This document shows positions 1 through 13,346 of a stretch of DNA of 64,000 bases, piece after piece. Numbering within the stretch: the first letter of the stretch is position 1; every line of letters starts with the position of its first letter. Source of the stretch: Heptranchias perlo (taxonomy: Eukaryota); contig NW_027139559.1 in the NCBI RefSeq assembly GCF_035084215.1, positions 2,418,001 to 2,482,000 on the forward strand, in the 5' to 3' direction. The notes beneath the pieces were generated by a model. The model had not been told where the DNA came from and searched no databases. It saw only the letters and a list, made by a program, of their open reading frames with translations. The translations under genes were made by a program, and so were the position numbers.

Positions 1-40
1 GAGATTAGACAAGCGTGTAAGAATGGCATAGTGGTCTTAA

Positions 41-1898
41 TTTTTTTTTTATTCGTTCACGGGATGTGGGCGTCGCTGGCGAGGCCAGCATTTATTGCCC
101 ATCCCTAATTGCCCTCGAGAAGGTGGTGGTGAGCCGCCTTCATGAACCGCTGCAGTCCGTGTGGTGAAGGTTCTCCCACAGTGCTGTTAGGAAGGGAGTT
201 CCAGGATTTTGACCCAGCGACAATGAAGGAACGGCGATATATTTCCAGGTCGGAATGGTGTGTGACTTGGAGGGGGACGTGCAGGTGGTGTTGTTCCCAT
301 GCGCCTGCTGCTCTTGTCCTTCTAGGTGGTAGAGGTCGCGGGTTTGGGAGGTGCTGTCGAAGAAGCCTTGGCGAGTTGCTGCAGTGCATCCTGTGGATGG
401 TGCACACTGCAGCCACAGTGCGCCGGTGGTGAAGGGAGTGAATGTTTAGGGTGGTGGATGGGGTGCCAATCAAGCGGGCTGCTTTATCTTGGATGGTGTC
501 GAGCTTCTTGAGTGTTGTTGGAGCTGCACTCATCCAGGCAAGTGGAGAGTATTCCATCACACTCCTGACTTGTGCCTTGTAGATGGTGGAAAGGCTTTGG
601 GGAGTCAGGAGGTGAGTCACTCGCCGCAGAATACCCAGCCTCTGACCTGCTCTTGTAGCCACAGTATTTATATGGCTGGTCCAGTTAAGTTTATGGTCAA
701 TGGTGACCCCCAGGAAGTTGATGGTGGGAGATTCGGCGATGGTAATGCCGTTGAATGTTAAGGGGAGGTGGTTAGACTCTCTCTTGTTGGAGATGGTCAT
801 TGCCTGGCACTTATCTGGCGCGAATGTTACTTGCCACTTATGAGCCCAAGCCTGGATGTTGTCCAGGCCTTGCTGCATGCGGGCTCGGACTGCTTCATTA
901 TCTGAGGGGTTGCGAATGGAACTTAACACTGTGCAGTCATCAGCAAACATCCCCATTTCCGACCTTATGATGGACGGAAGGTCATTGATGAAGCAGCTGA
1001 AGATGGTTGGGCCTCGGACACTGCCCTGAGGAACTCCTGCAGCAATGCCCTGGGGCTGAGATGATTGGCCTCCAACAACCACTAACATCTTCCTTTGTGC
1101 TAGGTATGACTCCAGCCACTGGAGAGTTTTCCCCCTGATTCCCATTGACTTCAATTTTACTAGGGCTCCTTGGTGCCACACTCGGTCAAATGCTGCCTTG
1201 ATGTCAAGGGCAGTCACTCTCACCTCACCTCTGGAATTCAGCTCTTTTGTCCATGTTTGGACCAAGGCTGTAATGAGGTCTGGAGCCGAGTGGTCCTGGC
1301 GGAACCCAAACTGAGCATCGGTGAGCAGGTTATTGGTGAGTAAGTGCCGCTTGATAGCACTGTCGACGACACCTTCCATCACTTTGCTGATGATTGTGAG
1401 TAGACTGATGGGGCGGTTATTGGCCGGATTGGATTTGTCCTGCTTTTTGAGGACAGGACATACCTGGGCAATTTTCCACATTGTCGGGTAGATGCCAGTG
1501 TTGTAGCTGTACTGGAACAGCTTGGCTAGAGGCGCAGCTATTTCTGGCGCACAAGTCTTCAGCACTACAGCTGGGATGTTGTCGTGGCCCATAGCCTTTG
1601 CTGTATCCAGTGCACTCAGCCGTTTCTTGATATCACGTGGAGTGAATCGAATTGGCCGAAGACTGGCTTCCGTGATGGTGGGGTTATCGGGAGGAGGCAG
1701 AGATGGATCATCCACTCGGCACTTCTGGCTGAAGATGGTTGCAAACGCTTCAGCCTTGTCTTTTGCACTCACGTGCTGGACTCCGCCATCATTGAGAATG
1801 GGGATGTTTGCAGAGCCTACTCGTCCCGTTAGTTGTTTAATTGTCCACCACCATTCACGACTGGATGTGGCTGGACTGCAGAGCTTTGATCTGATCTG
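41..1898 (-). mobile_element. Young 5'-truncated poly(A)-tailed non-LTR retrotransposon (CR1/Jockey-group LINE); RT and C-terminus open
   Basis: ORF 105..2027(-) has RT motifs (RPISLL, QFGFR, LDIKAAFDRV, GVPQGS, FADD). Poly(T) at ~41-50 is the 3' poly(A) tail. It interrupts an older CR1 endonuclease region that resumes at ~1899 (MGDFNLHIDW). The first ~43 aa of the listed ORF are read-through into flanking DNA. Confidence 0.9.
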
Positions 1899-3237
1899 AT
1901 GGGGGACTTCAACCTTCACATAGATTGGGAAAAGCAGATTGGCAACTGTCAGAAAGGTAGTGAATTTCTTGAGTGTGTCCGGGATAGTTTTCTGCAGCAG
2001 TATGTTCGAGAGGCAACAAGGGGGCAAGCCATACTCGATTTAGTAATGAGCAATGAACCAGATTTAGTAAACGGCTGAACTGTGCGTGAACATCTATCCA
2101 GTTTTAATCATAACATGATCGAGTTCAATGTCATGTTTGAAAGAGAAAAAAGTGAATCCGCTGCTATGATTCTAGACTTGGGCAAGGCCGACTTCAATGG
2201 GATGAGACAGAGACTGTCCACAGTAAACTGGGCAAATCTGTTAATGGGTAAAACGACCGATGATCAGTGGGAAATGTTTAAAGAAACATTAAACATGATA
2301 CAGAACCGTTTTATACCCCTGAGGGGCAAGAACTCTACTTGCCAAAAAAAAAGCCATGGACAACTAAAGAGGTAAGGGACAGTATAAGACATAAGGAAAG
2401 GGCATACAAAAAGGCAAAAAATTCCACAGATCCAGGCGAATGGGAAAGATACAAAGATCAACAAAGGGTCACAAAACAGATAGTAAGAGCTACAAAAAGA
2501 GTGTATGAAAAGAAACTCGCAAGGGATATCAAAACCAATACGAAGAACTTTTATAGTTATATTCGGAAAAAAGAGGGTGGTCAGGAGCAGTGTTGGCCCC
2601 TTAAATACTGAAAGTGGGGATGTTGTCATTGACAATGGAGAAATGTTGAACATTTACTTTGCGTCAGCATTTGCAGTCGAAAAATAGGATAGCATGCCGG
2701 AAATCCCAAGAAAACTTATATTGAATCGGGGACAGGGACTCGATAAAATTAACATAAGTATAGCAACAGTAATGAAGAAAATAATAGCACTAAAGAGTAA
2801 CAAATCCCCAGAACAAGATGGTTTCCATCCCAGGGTTTTAAAGGAAGTTGGTGAGCACATTGCGGATGCCCTAACTATAATCTTTCAAAGTTCTCTAGAT
2901 TCAGGAACTGTCCCTCTCGATTGGAAAATTGCACATGTCACTCCGCTTTTTAAGAAAGGAGAGAGATGGAAACCGGGGAATTATGGACCAGTTTGCATAA
3001 CATCTGTTGTGGGGAAAATGCTGGAGTCTTTAATTTAGGATAGGGTGACTGAACACCTCGAGAATTTTCAGTTAATCAGAAAGAGCCAGCATGGATTTGT
3101 AAAAGGTAGGTCGTGCCTGATAAACCCGATTGAATTTTTTGAAGAGGTGACTAAAGTAGTGGACAGGTGAATGTCAATGGATATTATTTATATGGACTTC
3201 CAGAAGGCATTTGATAAGGTCCCACATAAGAGACTGT
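1899..3237 (+). mobile_element. Degenerate CR1 LINE ORF2 fragment (endonuclease end to RT start)
   Basis: Broken ORFs with GDFN, HNMIEF, KSP..DG.HPRVLKE, DWKIAHVTPLFKKG and MDFQKAFDKVPH; several stops and frameshifts. Confidence 0.9.
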
Positions 3238-3245
3238 AAGGTAAA

Positions 3246-3490
3246 ACTGGATATTCGTGTTTCTGCACTGCCCCATATCTAACAATACGATAGTGTAACC
3301 CAGGGATGTAGCAATAGTTTCCCTTTATAATCTGAACTGGGTGTTCATGTTTCTGCACTGCTCCAATTCTAACAATACGACAGTGTAATCCAGGGATGTA
3401 AGAATAGTTCCCGCTTATAATCTGAACTGGATTTTCGTTTCTCTTCACTGCCCCAATATCTATCAATATGACAGTGTAAATCAGGGATGG
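3246..3490. repeat. ~90-bp tandem repeat (about 3 units), with further copies at ~4986-5112 and ~5712-5800
   Basis: Recurring unit ACTGGAT..TCGTGTTTCTGCACTGCCCCA.ATCTAACAATACGA.AGTGTAA..CAGGGATG..AATAGTTCCC..TTATAATCTGA. Confidence 0.75.
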
Positions 3491-3499
3491 AACAATAAA

Positions 3500-6360
3500 C
3501 AGATTTAACATAGATTCTACAAAGCATTTACAGTACAGACACATGCCGTTTACCCCAGCTGGTCTGTGCCAGTGTTCATGCCCCACACAAGATTCCTCCC
3601 ACCTTTTCTAATCTCACCCTATCATCATACCTTCCGATTCCTTTCTCCCTCGTGTACTTACCTACCTTCCCCTTAATTGAATCGATGCTATTCGCACCAC
3701 GAGATGCGAATCTTTCCTATTAAGTTTCCCTTCCCTGGCCTCATTCGAGTGAATCTACAAAGTACCCTCAATGGCTCTAATGTTGTTTCTAAATTGGGGG
3801 CACCAAAACTGCACAACATATTCTGGAACTACCAGCTGTAATCAAAGCGAATAGCTTAAAAACCTTCATCCGAGTCACCGTCCCAGAGTCCAGTAAGAAG
3901 TGAAAAGCGTAAAATAAAGTTAAAGCTTCATCTTCGTCTCTGTAGCCGGTTTCATTTTTGATAGAGGCCCTGCAGAAGGCGCAGGAGGAAATACCATTCT
4001 ATGAAATAGCAAGTTCCACATTCTCACCACTCCCTGGGTAAAGAAGTTTCTCTTGAATTCCTTGTTGGATTAATTAGTGACTATCTTATATTAATGACCC
4101 CAAGTTTTGGTCTCCCCCACAAGTGGAAACATCTTCTCTAACTCTTCCCTGTCAAACCCCTTCATAATTGTAAAGGCCTATATTAGTTCACCCCTCAGAC
4201 TTTACTTTGCTATAGAAAAGAGCCCCAGCCTGTTCAGTTTTTGCTGATATATATAACCTTTCAGTTCTGGTATCATTCTGGTGAATCGTGTTTGCACCTT
4301 CTGCGGTGTCTCTGTCTAAGAGGAGACCGGTTACAGAGACTAATATGAAGATTTATTAGTTACTTGTGTTTTTTTCCCTTTGGTTATAACCCGTTGTACT
4401 GGTCTCTGGGACTGGTGACTGGGATGAAAGTTTATTATTATTCTCTTTGGTTACAGCCCGTACTTCCAGGGTACAGTGTCCAGTTTTGGTGCCCCATTAT
4501 AGAAACGTTATTAAAGTCATTTAGGGCACTTGGTAGATTCACTCGAATGAGGACGGGGAAAGGAAAATTATCAGGAAAGATTTGAAATACCGAGATTGTT
4601 TCAACGGGTATAGAGAAGAGGCGACTTACATTTTAATTGATGAAGGTGTTTGACAGAGTAATAGAGAATTACTGTATCCTGTATTTGCGAGGATGAGTGA
4701 CAAGGGGACATCAATTTCAGCTCATCATGAAAGAATTTAAATGTAAATTCTTCACTCAGAGGTTTTTTGGAGCATGGAATGTTTTACCACAGGGAATGGA
4801 AAAAACAGAATAGGGACAATTGCATTTTTTACCATTGCATTGATTAAGAGAAAATTGAATAAATATTTGAAATTGATGAACATAAAGGGCATTTGGAAGA
4901 AAGTTTGCCGCGGCATAGGTTTTGCAAATGCTTTGATCATGAACTGGCACTGACATGATGGGCTAAATGGATATACCTGTTTCTCCACTACCCCGTATCT
5001 ATACGTTAGTTTAACCCTGAGATCTAACTATAGTTCCCCTTACGCTCTGAACTGGATATTCATCTTTCTGCGCTGTCCAATATCTAAAAATACGACTGTG
5101 CAACCTTGGGATGAAATAATACATAGATTCTACATAGAATTTACAGAAACAGGCCATTCGGCCCAACTGGTCTGTGCTGGTGTTTATGCTCCGCACACGA
5201 TTCCTCATACCCTCCTCACGTATCCCTATCTGCATGCTTTTCTGATCCTTTCTCCATCATGTACTCATCCAACTTCCCCTTAAATTCGTCTAAGATATTC
5301 ACCTCAACTAATCCACTAAGTTCCACATTGTCACCACTCTCTGAGTAAAGATGTTTCTCCTGAATTCCTTATTGCATGTAATATGAGCCCCAGTGCTTTG
5401 TTTGCATTTTTGTGGTCTTGTTAATGTGTGTTGCTTCTTTTAATGATTTGTGAATCTGTACCCAAGATCATTCTGCTCCTCTAGTCCATTTACACTTTTA
5501 TTTTCCACAGTATGTGGCCTCTTTATTCCGAATATCAAAATGTACTACATCACACTTAACTGTATTGAAATTGAGTTGCGATTTACACGCTCATTTTGCA
5601 TGTTTATTAACATCTTCTTGCATTTGTCGCAGTCCTCCTCATGATTATCTGTACCCCTCAATTTGGTATCACCCGCAAATTTTGTATTTGTACTTCCAAT
5701 TCCTGAGTCCAGTAGTTCCCGCTGAAAATCTGAACTGGATTTTCAGTTTTCTGCACTGCCCCACATCTAACAATACGATCATGTAACTCCGGGATATAAA
5801 AATACATGGATTTCACATAGAACCTAAATAGAATGTACCGCATAGAAACAGGCCATTCGGCCCATTAGTTTGTGCAGGTGCTTATACTCAACACGAGATT
5901 CCTTCCACCCCGCTTCAACTAACCCTATTAGTGCATCTTTTTATTCCTTTCTCCCTCATGTAATTATTTAGCTTCCCCTTAAATGCATCTATGCTGTTCC
6001 CCTCAACCAATCCATGTCGTATCAAGTTGTACAATTTAACCCATCTCTGGGTAAAGACGTTTCTCCTGCATCTCTTATTGTATTTATTAGTCACTATTTT
6101 AGATTGATCACGCCAAGTTGTGGACTCTCTACAGGTGGAAACATCTTCTCTACCTCTACCCTATAAAACATCTTCATAATTGTAAAGACTTCATAATTAG
6201 GTCACCCCTCAGTCTTCTCTTTTATAGAGGGATGAGCCCGAGCCTGTTCAACCTTTCCTGATAAGGATATCCTCTCAGTTATGTTATCATTCTTGGGAAT
6301 CATTTCGCACCTTCTCCAGTGCCTCTATCTCTTTTTTACACAATGGAGATCAGAACTCTA
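3500..6360. mobile_element. Patchwork of old CR1 3'-end fragments in both orientations
   Basis: Repeated CR1 3' ORF2/3'UTR motifs (antisense GTTCCACATTCTCACCACTC..TGGGTAAAGAAGTTT; GGCCATTCGGCCC). Confidence 0.7.
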
Positions 6361-6399
6361 ATGGGCAGGGAGGATGGATGGGCTGTGTTGTGGGGGGTG

Positions 6400-8790
6400 T
6401 GTGAGCTCTGATGTTCGGAGTGGATGGGCGGGCTCTGTTGTGGTGGGCGAGGGACAGCTGGGCTCTGTCGTGAGGGGAGGGAGACAGCCGGGCGTGTTGT
6501 GGGGTGGCGGGGGTGAAAGCCGGGCTCTGTTGTTGCGGAGGGGGATAGGCGGGCTCCGTTGTGGGGGAGGGGGATAGGCAGGCCCTGTTGTGGGGGGATT
6601 TGGGATAGGCGGGCTCTGTTGTTGCGGAGGGGGATAGGCGGTCTCCGTTGTGGGGGGAGGGGGAAAGGCAGGCCCTGTTGTGGGGGGATTTGGGATAGGC
6701 GGGCTCTGTTGTGGGGGGATTTGGGATAGGCGGGCTCTGTTGTTGCAGAGGGGGATACGCGGGCTCGGTTGTGTGGGGAGGGGGATAAGCGGGTCCTGTT
6801 GTGGGGGGAGAGGGATAGGCGGGCTCTGTTGTGGGGGAGGGGGATAGGCGGGCTCTGTTGTGGGGGAGTGGGATAGGCGGGCTCTGTTGTGGGGGAGGGG
6901 GATAGGCGGGCACTGTTGTGGGGGAGGGGGATAGGCGGGCTCTGTTGTGGGGGGGGGGGAATAGACGGGCTCTGTTGTGGGCGGAGGGGGATAGGCGGGC
7001 TCTGTTGCGGGTGAGGGGGATATGCTGGCTCTGTTGTGGGGAAGGGGGATAGGCGGGCTCTGTTGTGGGTGAGGGGGATTGGCGGGCTCTATTGTGGGTG
7101 AGGGGGATAGGCGGGCTCTGTTGTGGGTGAGGGGGATAGGCGGGCTCTGTTGCGGGTGAGGGGGATAGTCTGGCTCTGTTGTGGGGAAGGGGGATAGGCT
7201 GGCCCTGTTGTGGGGAAGGGGGAATGGCTGGCTCTGTTGTGGGGAAGGGGGATAGGTGGGCTCTGTTGTGGGTGAGGGGGATAGGCGGGCTCTGTTGTGG
7301 GTGAGGGGTTATGCGGGCTCTGTTGTGGGGAATGGGGATAGGCTGGCTCTGTTGTGGGGAAGGGGGATAGGCGGGTTCTGTTGTTGGTGAGGGGTTATGC
7401 GGGCTCTGTTGTGGGGAATGGGGATTGGCGGGCTCTGTTGTGGGGAAGGGGGATTGGCGGGCTCTGTTGTGGGCGAGGGGATAGACTGGCTCTGTTGTGG
7501 GGAATGGGGATAGGCGGGCTCTGTTGTGTGGGGAGGAGGATAGGCGGGTTCTGTTGTGGTGTGTGGGCGATAGGCGGGCTCTGTTTTAGGGGAGGGAATA
7601 CGCCGGATATGCTGTGGGGGAGGGGGAAAGGCTGGCTCTAATGTGGGTGAGGGGGATAGGCGTTCTCTCTTGTGGTGTGTGGGGTAGAGGCGGGCTCTGT
7701 TTTAGGGGAGGAGGATAGGCGGGCTCTGTTGTGGTGTGTGGGGTGTAGGCGGGCTCTGTTTTAGAGGAGTGGGATTGGCGGGCTCTGTTGTGGGTGAGGG
7801 GGATAAGCGGGCTCCGTTGTGGGGGAGGGTGATAGACCGGCTCTGTTGTGGGTGAGGGTGATAGGCGTGCTCTGTTTTGGGAGAGTGGGATAGGCGAGCT
7901 CTGTTGTGGTTGAGGGGTTAGGCGTTCTCTGTTGTGGTTTGTGGGGGATATGCGGGCTGTGTTTTAGGGGAGGGGAATAGGCGGGCTCTGCTGTGGGTGA
8001 GGGGCATAGGCGGCTCTGTTTGGGTGGAGGGGGGATAGGCGGGCTCTGTTGTGGGGGAGGGGGTTAGGAGGGCTCTTTTGTTGTGGAGGGGTATAGACGG
8101 GCTCTGTTGTGGGAGGAGTTTGAAAGCCGGGCTCTATTGCGGGGGGAGTGGGTACAGTCGGGATCTGTTGTGGGTGAGGGTGTTAGGCGGGCTCTGTTGT
8201 GGGGCGACGGAGGATAGGCGGGCTCTGTTGTGGCAGAGGGGGCTAGGCGGGCTCTGTTGTTGCGGAGGCGGATAGGCGGGCTCTGTTGTGGGGCGACGGA
8301 GGATAGACGGGCTCAGTTGTAGCAGAGGGGGCTAGGCGGGCTCTGTTGTGGCGGAGGTGGTTAGGCGGGCTCTGTTGCGGTGAGGGGGTAGGCGGACTGG
8401 TCTGTGGGGGAGGGGCGATAGGCGGGCTCTGTTGTGGGCGGAGGGTAGGTAGGTGGGCATTTTGCGTGGGTGGGGGAGAGACGGACTCTGTCGTGAGGAT
8501 TGGGAATAGGCGGGCCCTGTTGTGCGAGGAGGGAGGTGAGGCGGTTTCTGTTGCGGGGAGAGGGAGGTTATTTGGGCTCTTTTGCTGGGAGAGGGTGGAT
8601 AGACGGGCTCTGTTCTGGGGGCAGAGGTGTAGGCGGGCTCTGTTGTAGGGGGAGGGGTATAGGCGGGCTCTGTTCTGGGGGCAGGGGTGTTGGCGGGCTC
8701 TGTTGTGGGGGAGGGGGATAGGCGGGCTCTGTTGTGGGGGAGGGTGATAGGCGGGCTCTGTTTTTGGGGGTGGGGGTAGATGGGCTTTGT
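6400..8790 (+). repeat. G-rich minisatellite, ~29-31-bp unit (GGGGATAGGCGGGCTCTGTTGTGGGGGA), ~2.4 kb
   Basis: Directly visible tandem unit with strong G-strand skew; the Pro-rich and Gly-rich ORFs here are translation artefacts. Confidence 0.95.
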
Positions 8791-9448
8791 TGCTGGGAAT
8801 GAGATTAACCGGGCTCTTTTATTGGCCGGCCTGTGGTGTATGTTAACATGTTTCTTGTACAGAATCCAACTCTCTTGTTTCATTTCAGAATTTTTGCTGT
8901 GACTGAAGACGGATTTGTTTAAAGATTTTGACAATTCGCATGTACAGACCTTGAAAGATCCGGGTTTAATCCATATTCTGTGCTGAGTTAATGGAAACCA
9001 GTTGGAACAATACAACTGGGCTGAGTGCCGCTGGGGTAAGTCAGGGGGAAACTCCATCAGGGCTCCTGCTCTCGACGGCGATCCAGTGACCCCGGTATCG
9101 GGTGAGAACACCATCAGTGAACTCCACACACTCAAACTCAAGGCTCAGACACGTGGCCAGCAAACTGGTGACTGTGGAACTGAACCACAGTCTGAGTTTG
9201 CACTTTAAGGGGAGGAATAAAGAATACTTGGAGAGGAGAAAATAAATAATAAGAGACCAAGCGATGATTCTCAAGCAATGACCACAGAGAGGGGAAGGAT
9301 TGTGTGAGACGCGGATTTACAGCTTTGGGGGAACAGGAGAGGAAAGAATGTTCCACAGATACTAGAATTATCTGTTCTGAGTTTCGATCCTTTATTTACA
9401 TTGATGAATTTTATAAACTCCTTTTGCAGGGTATTAGAAGGGAAGGAT

Positions 9449-11309
9449 TATAAATAAATAAAGGAAAATAAAGGAAAATCCTAAGATGTTTTATAAGTAT
9501 ATTAAGGGTAAGAGGATGACTCGGGAAAAAATAGGGCCCATTAGGGACAAAAATGGCAATCTGTGTGTGGAGCCGGCAGATGTAGGAGGGGTTCGAAATG
9601 AATTTTTTGCATCTGTTTTCACTTTGGAGAAGGACGATGTAGACATAGAAATACGGCAGGGGGACTGTGATATACTCGAACATATTAACATCGAGCGGGA
9701 GGAGGTATTGGCGGTTTCAGCAGGCCTAAAAATCGATCAATCCCCAGGCCCGGACGAAATGTATCCCAGGCTACTGTGTGAGACAAAGGAAGAGATTGCG
9801 GGGGCTCGAACACATATATTCAGAACCTCTCTGGCCACAGGGGATGTGCCAGAGGACTGGAGAACCGCTAATGTAGTACCATTATTCAAGAAGGGGAGTA
9901 GGGAAAAACCAGGGAACTACAGGCCAGTGAGCCTAACATCAGTGCTAGGAAAATTATTGGAAAAAATTCTGAAGGACAAAATTAGTCTCCACTTGGAGAA
10001 GCAAGGATTAATCAAGGATAGTCAACATGGCTTTGTCAAGGGAAGATCATGTCTGACTAATTTGATTGAATTTTTTGAGGGGTGACTCGGCGTGTGGATG
10101 AGTGTAACGCAGTGGATGTGATAGACATGGATTTCAGTAAGGCCTTCGATAAAGTCCCCCACAGGAGACTGGTCAAGAAGGTACGAGCCCATGGAATCCA
10201 GGGTGCCTTGGCACTTTGGATACAAAACTGGCTTAGTGGCAGAAGGCAGAGGGTGATGGTCGAAGGTTGTTTTTGTGACTGGAAGCCTGTGGCCAGTGGG
10301 GTACCACAGGGATCGGTGCGGGGTCCCTTGCTGTTTGTGGTCTACATTAATGATTTGGATATAAATGTAAAAGGTATGATCAGTAAGTTCGCTGATGATA
10401 CAAAAATTGGTAGGGTGGTAAATAGCGAGGAGGATAGCCTCAGTCTGCAGGACGATATAGATGGGTTGGTCAGATGGGCGGAACAGTGGCAAATGGAATT
10501 TAACCCGGAAAAGTGCGAGGTGATGCACTTTGGAGGGACTAACAAGGCAAGGGAATACACAATGAATGGGAGGACCGTAGGCAAGACAGAGGGTCAGAGG
10601 GATCTTGGTGTGCAAGTTCACAGATCCCTGAAGGCGGCGGAACAGGTAGATAAGGTGGTAAAGAAGGCATATGGGATACTTGCCTTTATTAGCCGAGGCA
10701 TAGAATATAAGAGCAAGGAGGTTATGATGGAGCTGTATAAAACACTGGTTAGGCCACAGCTGGAGTACTGTGTGCAGTTCTGGTCGCCACACTACAGGAA
10801 TGATGTGATCGCTTTGGAGAGGGTGCAGAGGAGATTCACCAGGATATTACCAGGGCTGGAGCGCTTCAGCTATGAAGAGAGACTGGGAAGATTGGGTTTG
10901 TTTTCCTTGGAGCAGAGGAGGCTGAGGGGGGACATGATTGAGGTGTACAAAATTATGATGGGCAGAGATAGGATGGATACTAAGGAGCTTTTTCCCTTCG
11001 TTTTGGGTTCTATCACAAGAGGACATAGATTCAATGTAAAAGGCGGGAGGTTTAGAGTGGATTTGAGAAATAACTTTTTCACCCAGAGGGTGGTTGGAGT
11101 CGGTAACTCACTGCCTGAGAGGGTTGTGGAGGCGGGAACCCTCACAACATTCAAGAAGCATTTGGATGAGCACTTGAAATGCCATAGCATACAAGGCTAC
11201 GGACCAAATGCTGGAATATGGGATTAGAGTGGACAGGGCTTGATGGCCGGCGCGGACACGATGGGCCGAATGGCCTCTATCCGTGCTGTATAACTCTATG
11301 ACTCTATGA
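9449..11309 (+). mobile_element. Young 5'-truncated CR1 LINE (RT to 3'UTR) with (ACTCTATG)n tail
   Basis: ORFs 9486..10085 and 10082..11227 together form ORF2 with one frameshift near 10080 (SPGPD, YRPVSLTS, DFSKAFDKV, GVPQGS, SKFADD, LEYCVQFWSP). 3' microsatellite tail at ~11293-11309. Confidence 0.95.
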
Positions 11310-11840
11310 TTTGCAGACGGGAAACTCAAACGAAGTATCACATAAAGCTCTGACAGTCACTCCATTCATCATGTGGAAGGAGAAATGTTTGTCCGTTCTG
11401 TCTGTGGGAAAAGATTTCAAACAACAGTGTGACTGGAAAAGCACCGAGACACACACAACTGAGTGAGAGTGTTCCAGTGCACTGACTGTGGAAAGAGCTT
11501 TAACCAGTTACAAAGCCTGAAAAAACATCGCACCATTCACAGCGGGGAGAACCCGTACACGTGTTCTGTGTGTGGACGAGGCTTCAACTGATCGTCCAAC
11601 CAGAAGGGTCACAGGACACCCGCACCACGGAGAAACCGTGGAAATGTCGAGACTGTGGGACGGGATTGAATTCCCAGTCCCAGCTGGAAACTCATCGACG
11701 CATTCACACTGGGGGAGACCGTTCACATGTTCCATGCGTTGGAAGGCATTCACTCTGTCATCCCATCTGCTGACACACCAGCGAGTTCACACTGAGGATA
11801 GACCGTTCGTCCGCTCCGTGTGGGAAGGAATTCACTAATT

Positions 11841-12591
11841 CACAGAATCATAGAGTTAAGCAGCACGGATAGAGGCCCATCGGCCCATCGTGTCCGCGCC
11901 GGCCATCAAGCCCAGTCTAATCTACTCCCATATTCCAGCATTTGGTTCGTAGCCTTGTATGCTATGGCATTTCAAGTGCTCATCCAAATGATTCTTGAAT
12001 GTTGTGAGGGTTCCTACCTCCACAACCCTCTCAGGCAGTGAGTACCAGACTCCAACCACCCTCTGGGTGAAAAAGTTCTTTCTCAAATCCCCTCTAAACC
12101 TCCCGCCTTTTACCTTGAATCTATGCCCCCTTGTTATAGAACCCTCAACGAAGGGAAAAAGTTCCTTAGTATCCATCCTATCTATGCCCCTCATAATTTT
12201 GTACACCTCAATCATGTCCCCCCTCAGCCTCCTCTGCTCCAAGGAAAACAAACCCAATCTTCCCAGTCTCTCTTCACAGCTGAAGCACTCCAGCCCTGGT
12301 AACATCCTGGTGAATCTCCTCTGCACCCTCTCAAAAGCGATCACATCATTCCTGTAGTGCGGCGACCAGAACTGCACACAGTACACCAGCTGTGGCCTAA
12401 CCAGTGTTTTATACAGCTCCATCATAACCTCCTTGTTCTTATATTCTATGCCTCGGCTAATAAAGGCAAGTATCCCATATGCCTTCTTTACCACCTTATC
12501 TACCTGTTCCGCCGCCTTCAGGGATCTGTGAACTTGCACACCAAGATCCCTCTGACCCTCTGTCTTGCCTAGGGTCTTCCCATTCATTGTG
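11841..12591 (-). mobile_element. Young CR1 3' fragment, same family as 9449-11309
   Basis: ORF 11922..12596(-) is nearly identical to the C-terminus of 10082..11227. TTCA flanks both junctions (possible TSD). Confidence 0.95.
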
Positions 12592-13346
12592 TTCATCCAA
12601 ACTGCTGAAACACCAGCGAATTCAGACTGAGGATGGACCGTTCGTCCACTCCGTGTGGGAAGGAATTCACAAATTCATCCAAACTGCTGAAAGACCAGCG
12701 AATTCACTTCTGACTGCAGGGGTTGGATTCTGCTGTTATTGCTGCAAACAATCACCTCCAGGGCTGAACCATGTTCATTCCGATAGTTGGAGTTTGTTTC
12801 TGCGAATGTTGAGAAGCCCAATAACTGGTCTGGGGTTTAATATTCTGAATAAATGTAAAATAAATCAACTTTGCTTTAAACACATTGTTGTATATTTTGG
12901 TCGTTCCCACCTGAGTGTTCAGCATCCCCTGACTGGAGCTCAGAAAGGACAATCTTGGAGAAGGATTGCACGGTGGGTACAGAGCTTCACCTTGGACACA
13001 GTCCGTCAGGGCCAGACTGAGAGGGGCAAACGGCATTTTGGTCTTTCTCGTCTCTCTTTACTGACAACAAAATCGTCGTGCGTCAATCTTGATGCGTATA
13101 AGAAGTGTGTGCAAGCTGCTCTCTCCCGTGGTTCAGAGCTCCTGGACACGGAACAGAAGACTTCTTTACACCTGTGTTTACAGTCGGGAAGAACAACGGT
13201 GAATGCTGCAAACATGTTCTCAGATCAGAGATTGGTGTTTCCGTGATCTGTTTCACTGAAACGGCAGGCTTAAGTTTCGAGTCTGAAGATGACTGGTTCT
13301 TTAAATAGTAATAATTATTTTTGCTTTGAATACAACCACTGCACCC

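Larger units (their letters stand above)
9433..12720 (+). pseudogene. C2H2 zinc-finger pseudogene, copy 1 (terminal exon split by two CR1 insertions)
   Basis: Acceptor TTTTGCAG at ~9430. The exon resumes at ~11310 and gives fingers such as [39 protein letters not shown] and [17 protein letters not shown]. In-frame TGA at 11430 and 11589 plus frameshifts. The tail resumes at ~12592. Confidence 0.85.

Noticed and set aside
6350-9141. Pro-rich and Gly-rich ORFs (extensin/mucin-like)
   Set aside because: Translations of the G-rich minisatellite on both strands; no splice or domain evidence.
12479-13246. 255-aa ORF
   Set aside because: Chimera of antisense CR1, off-frame ZNF tail and 3'UTR; no coherent domain.
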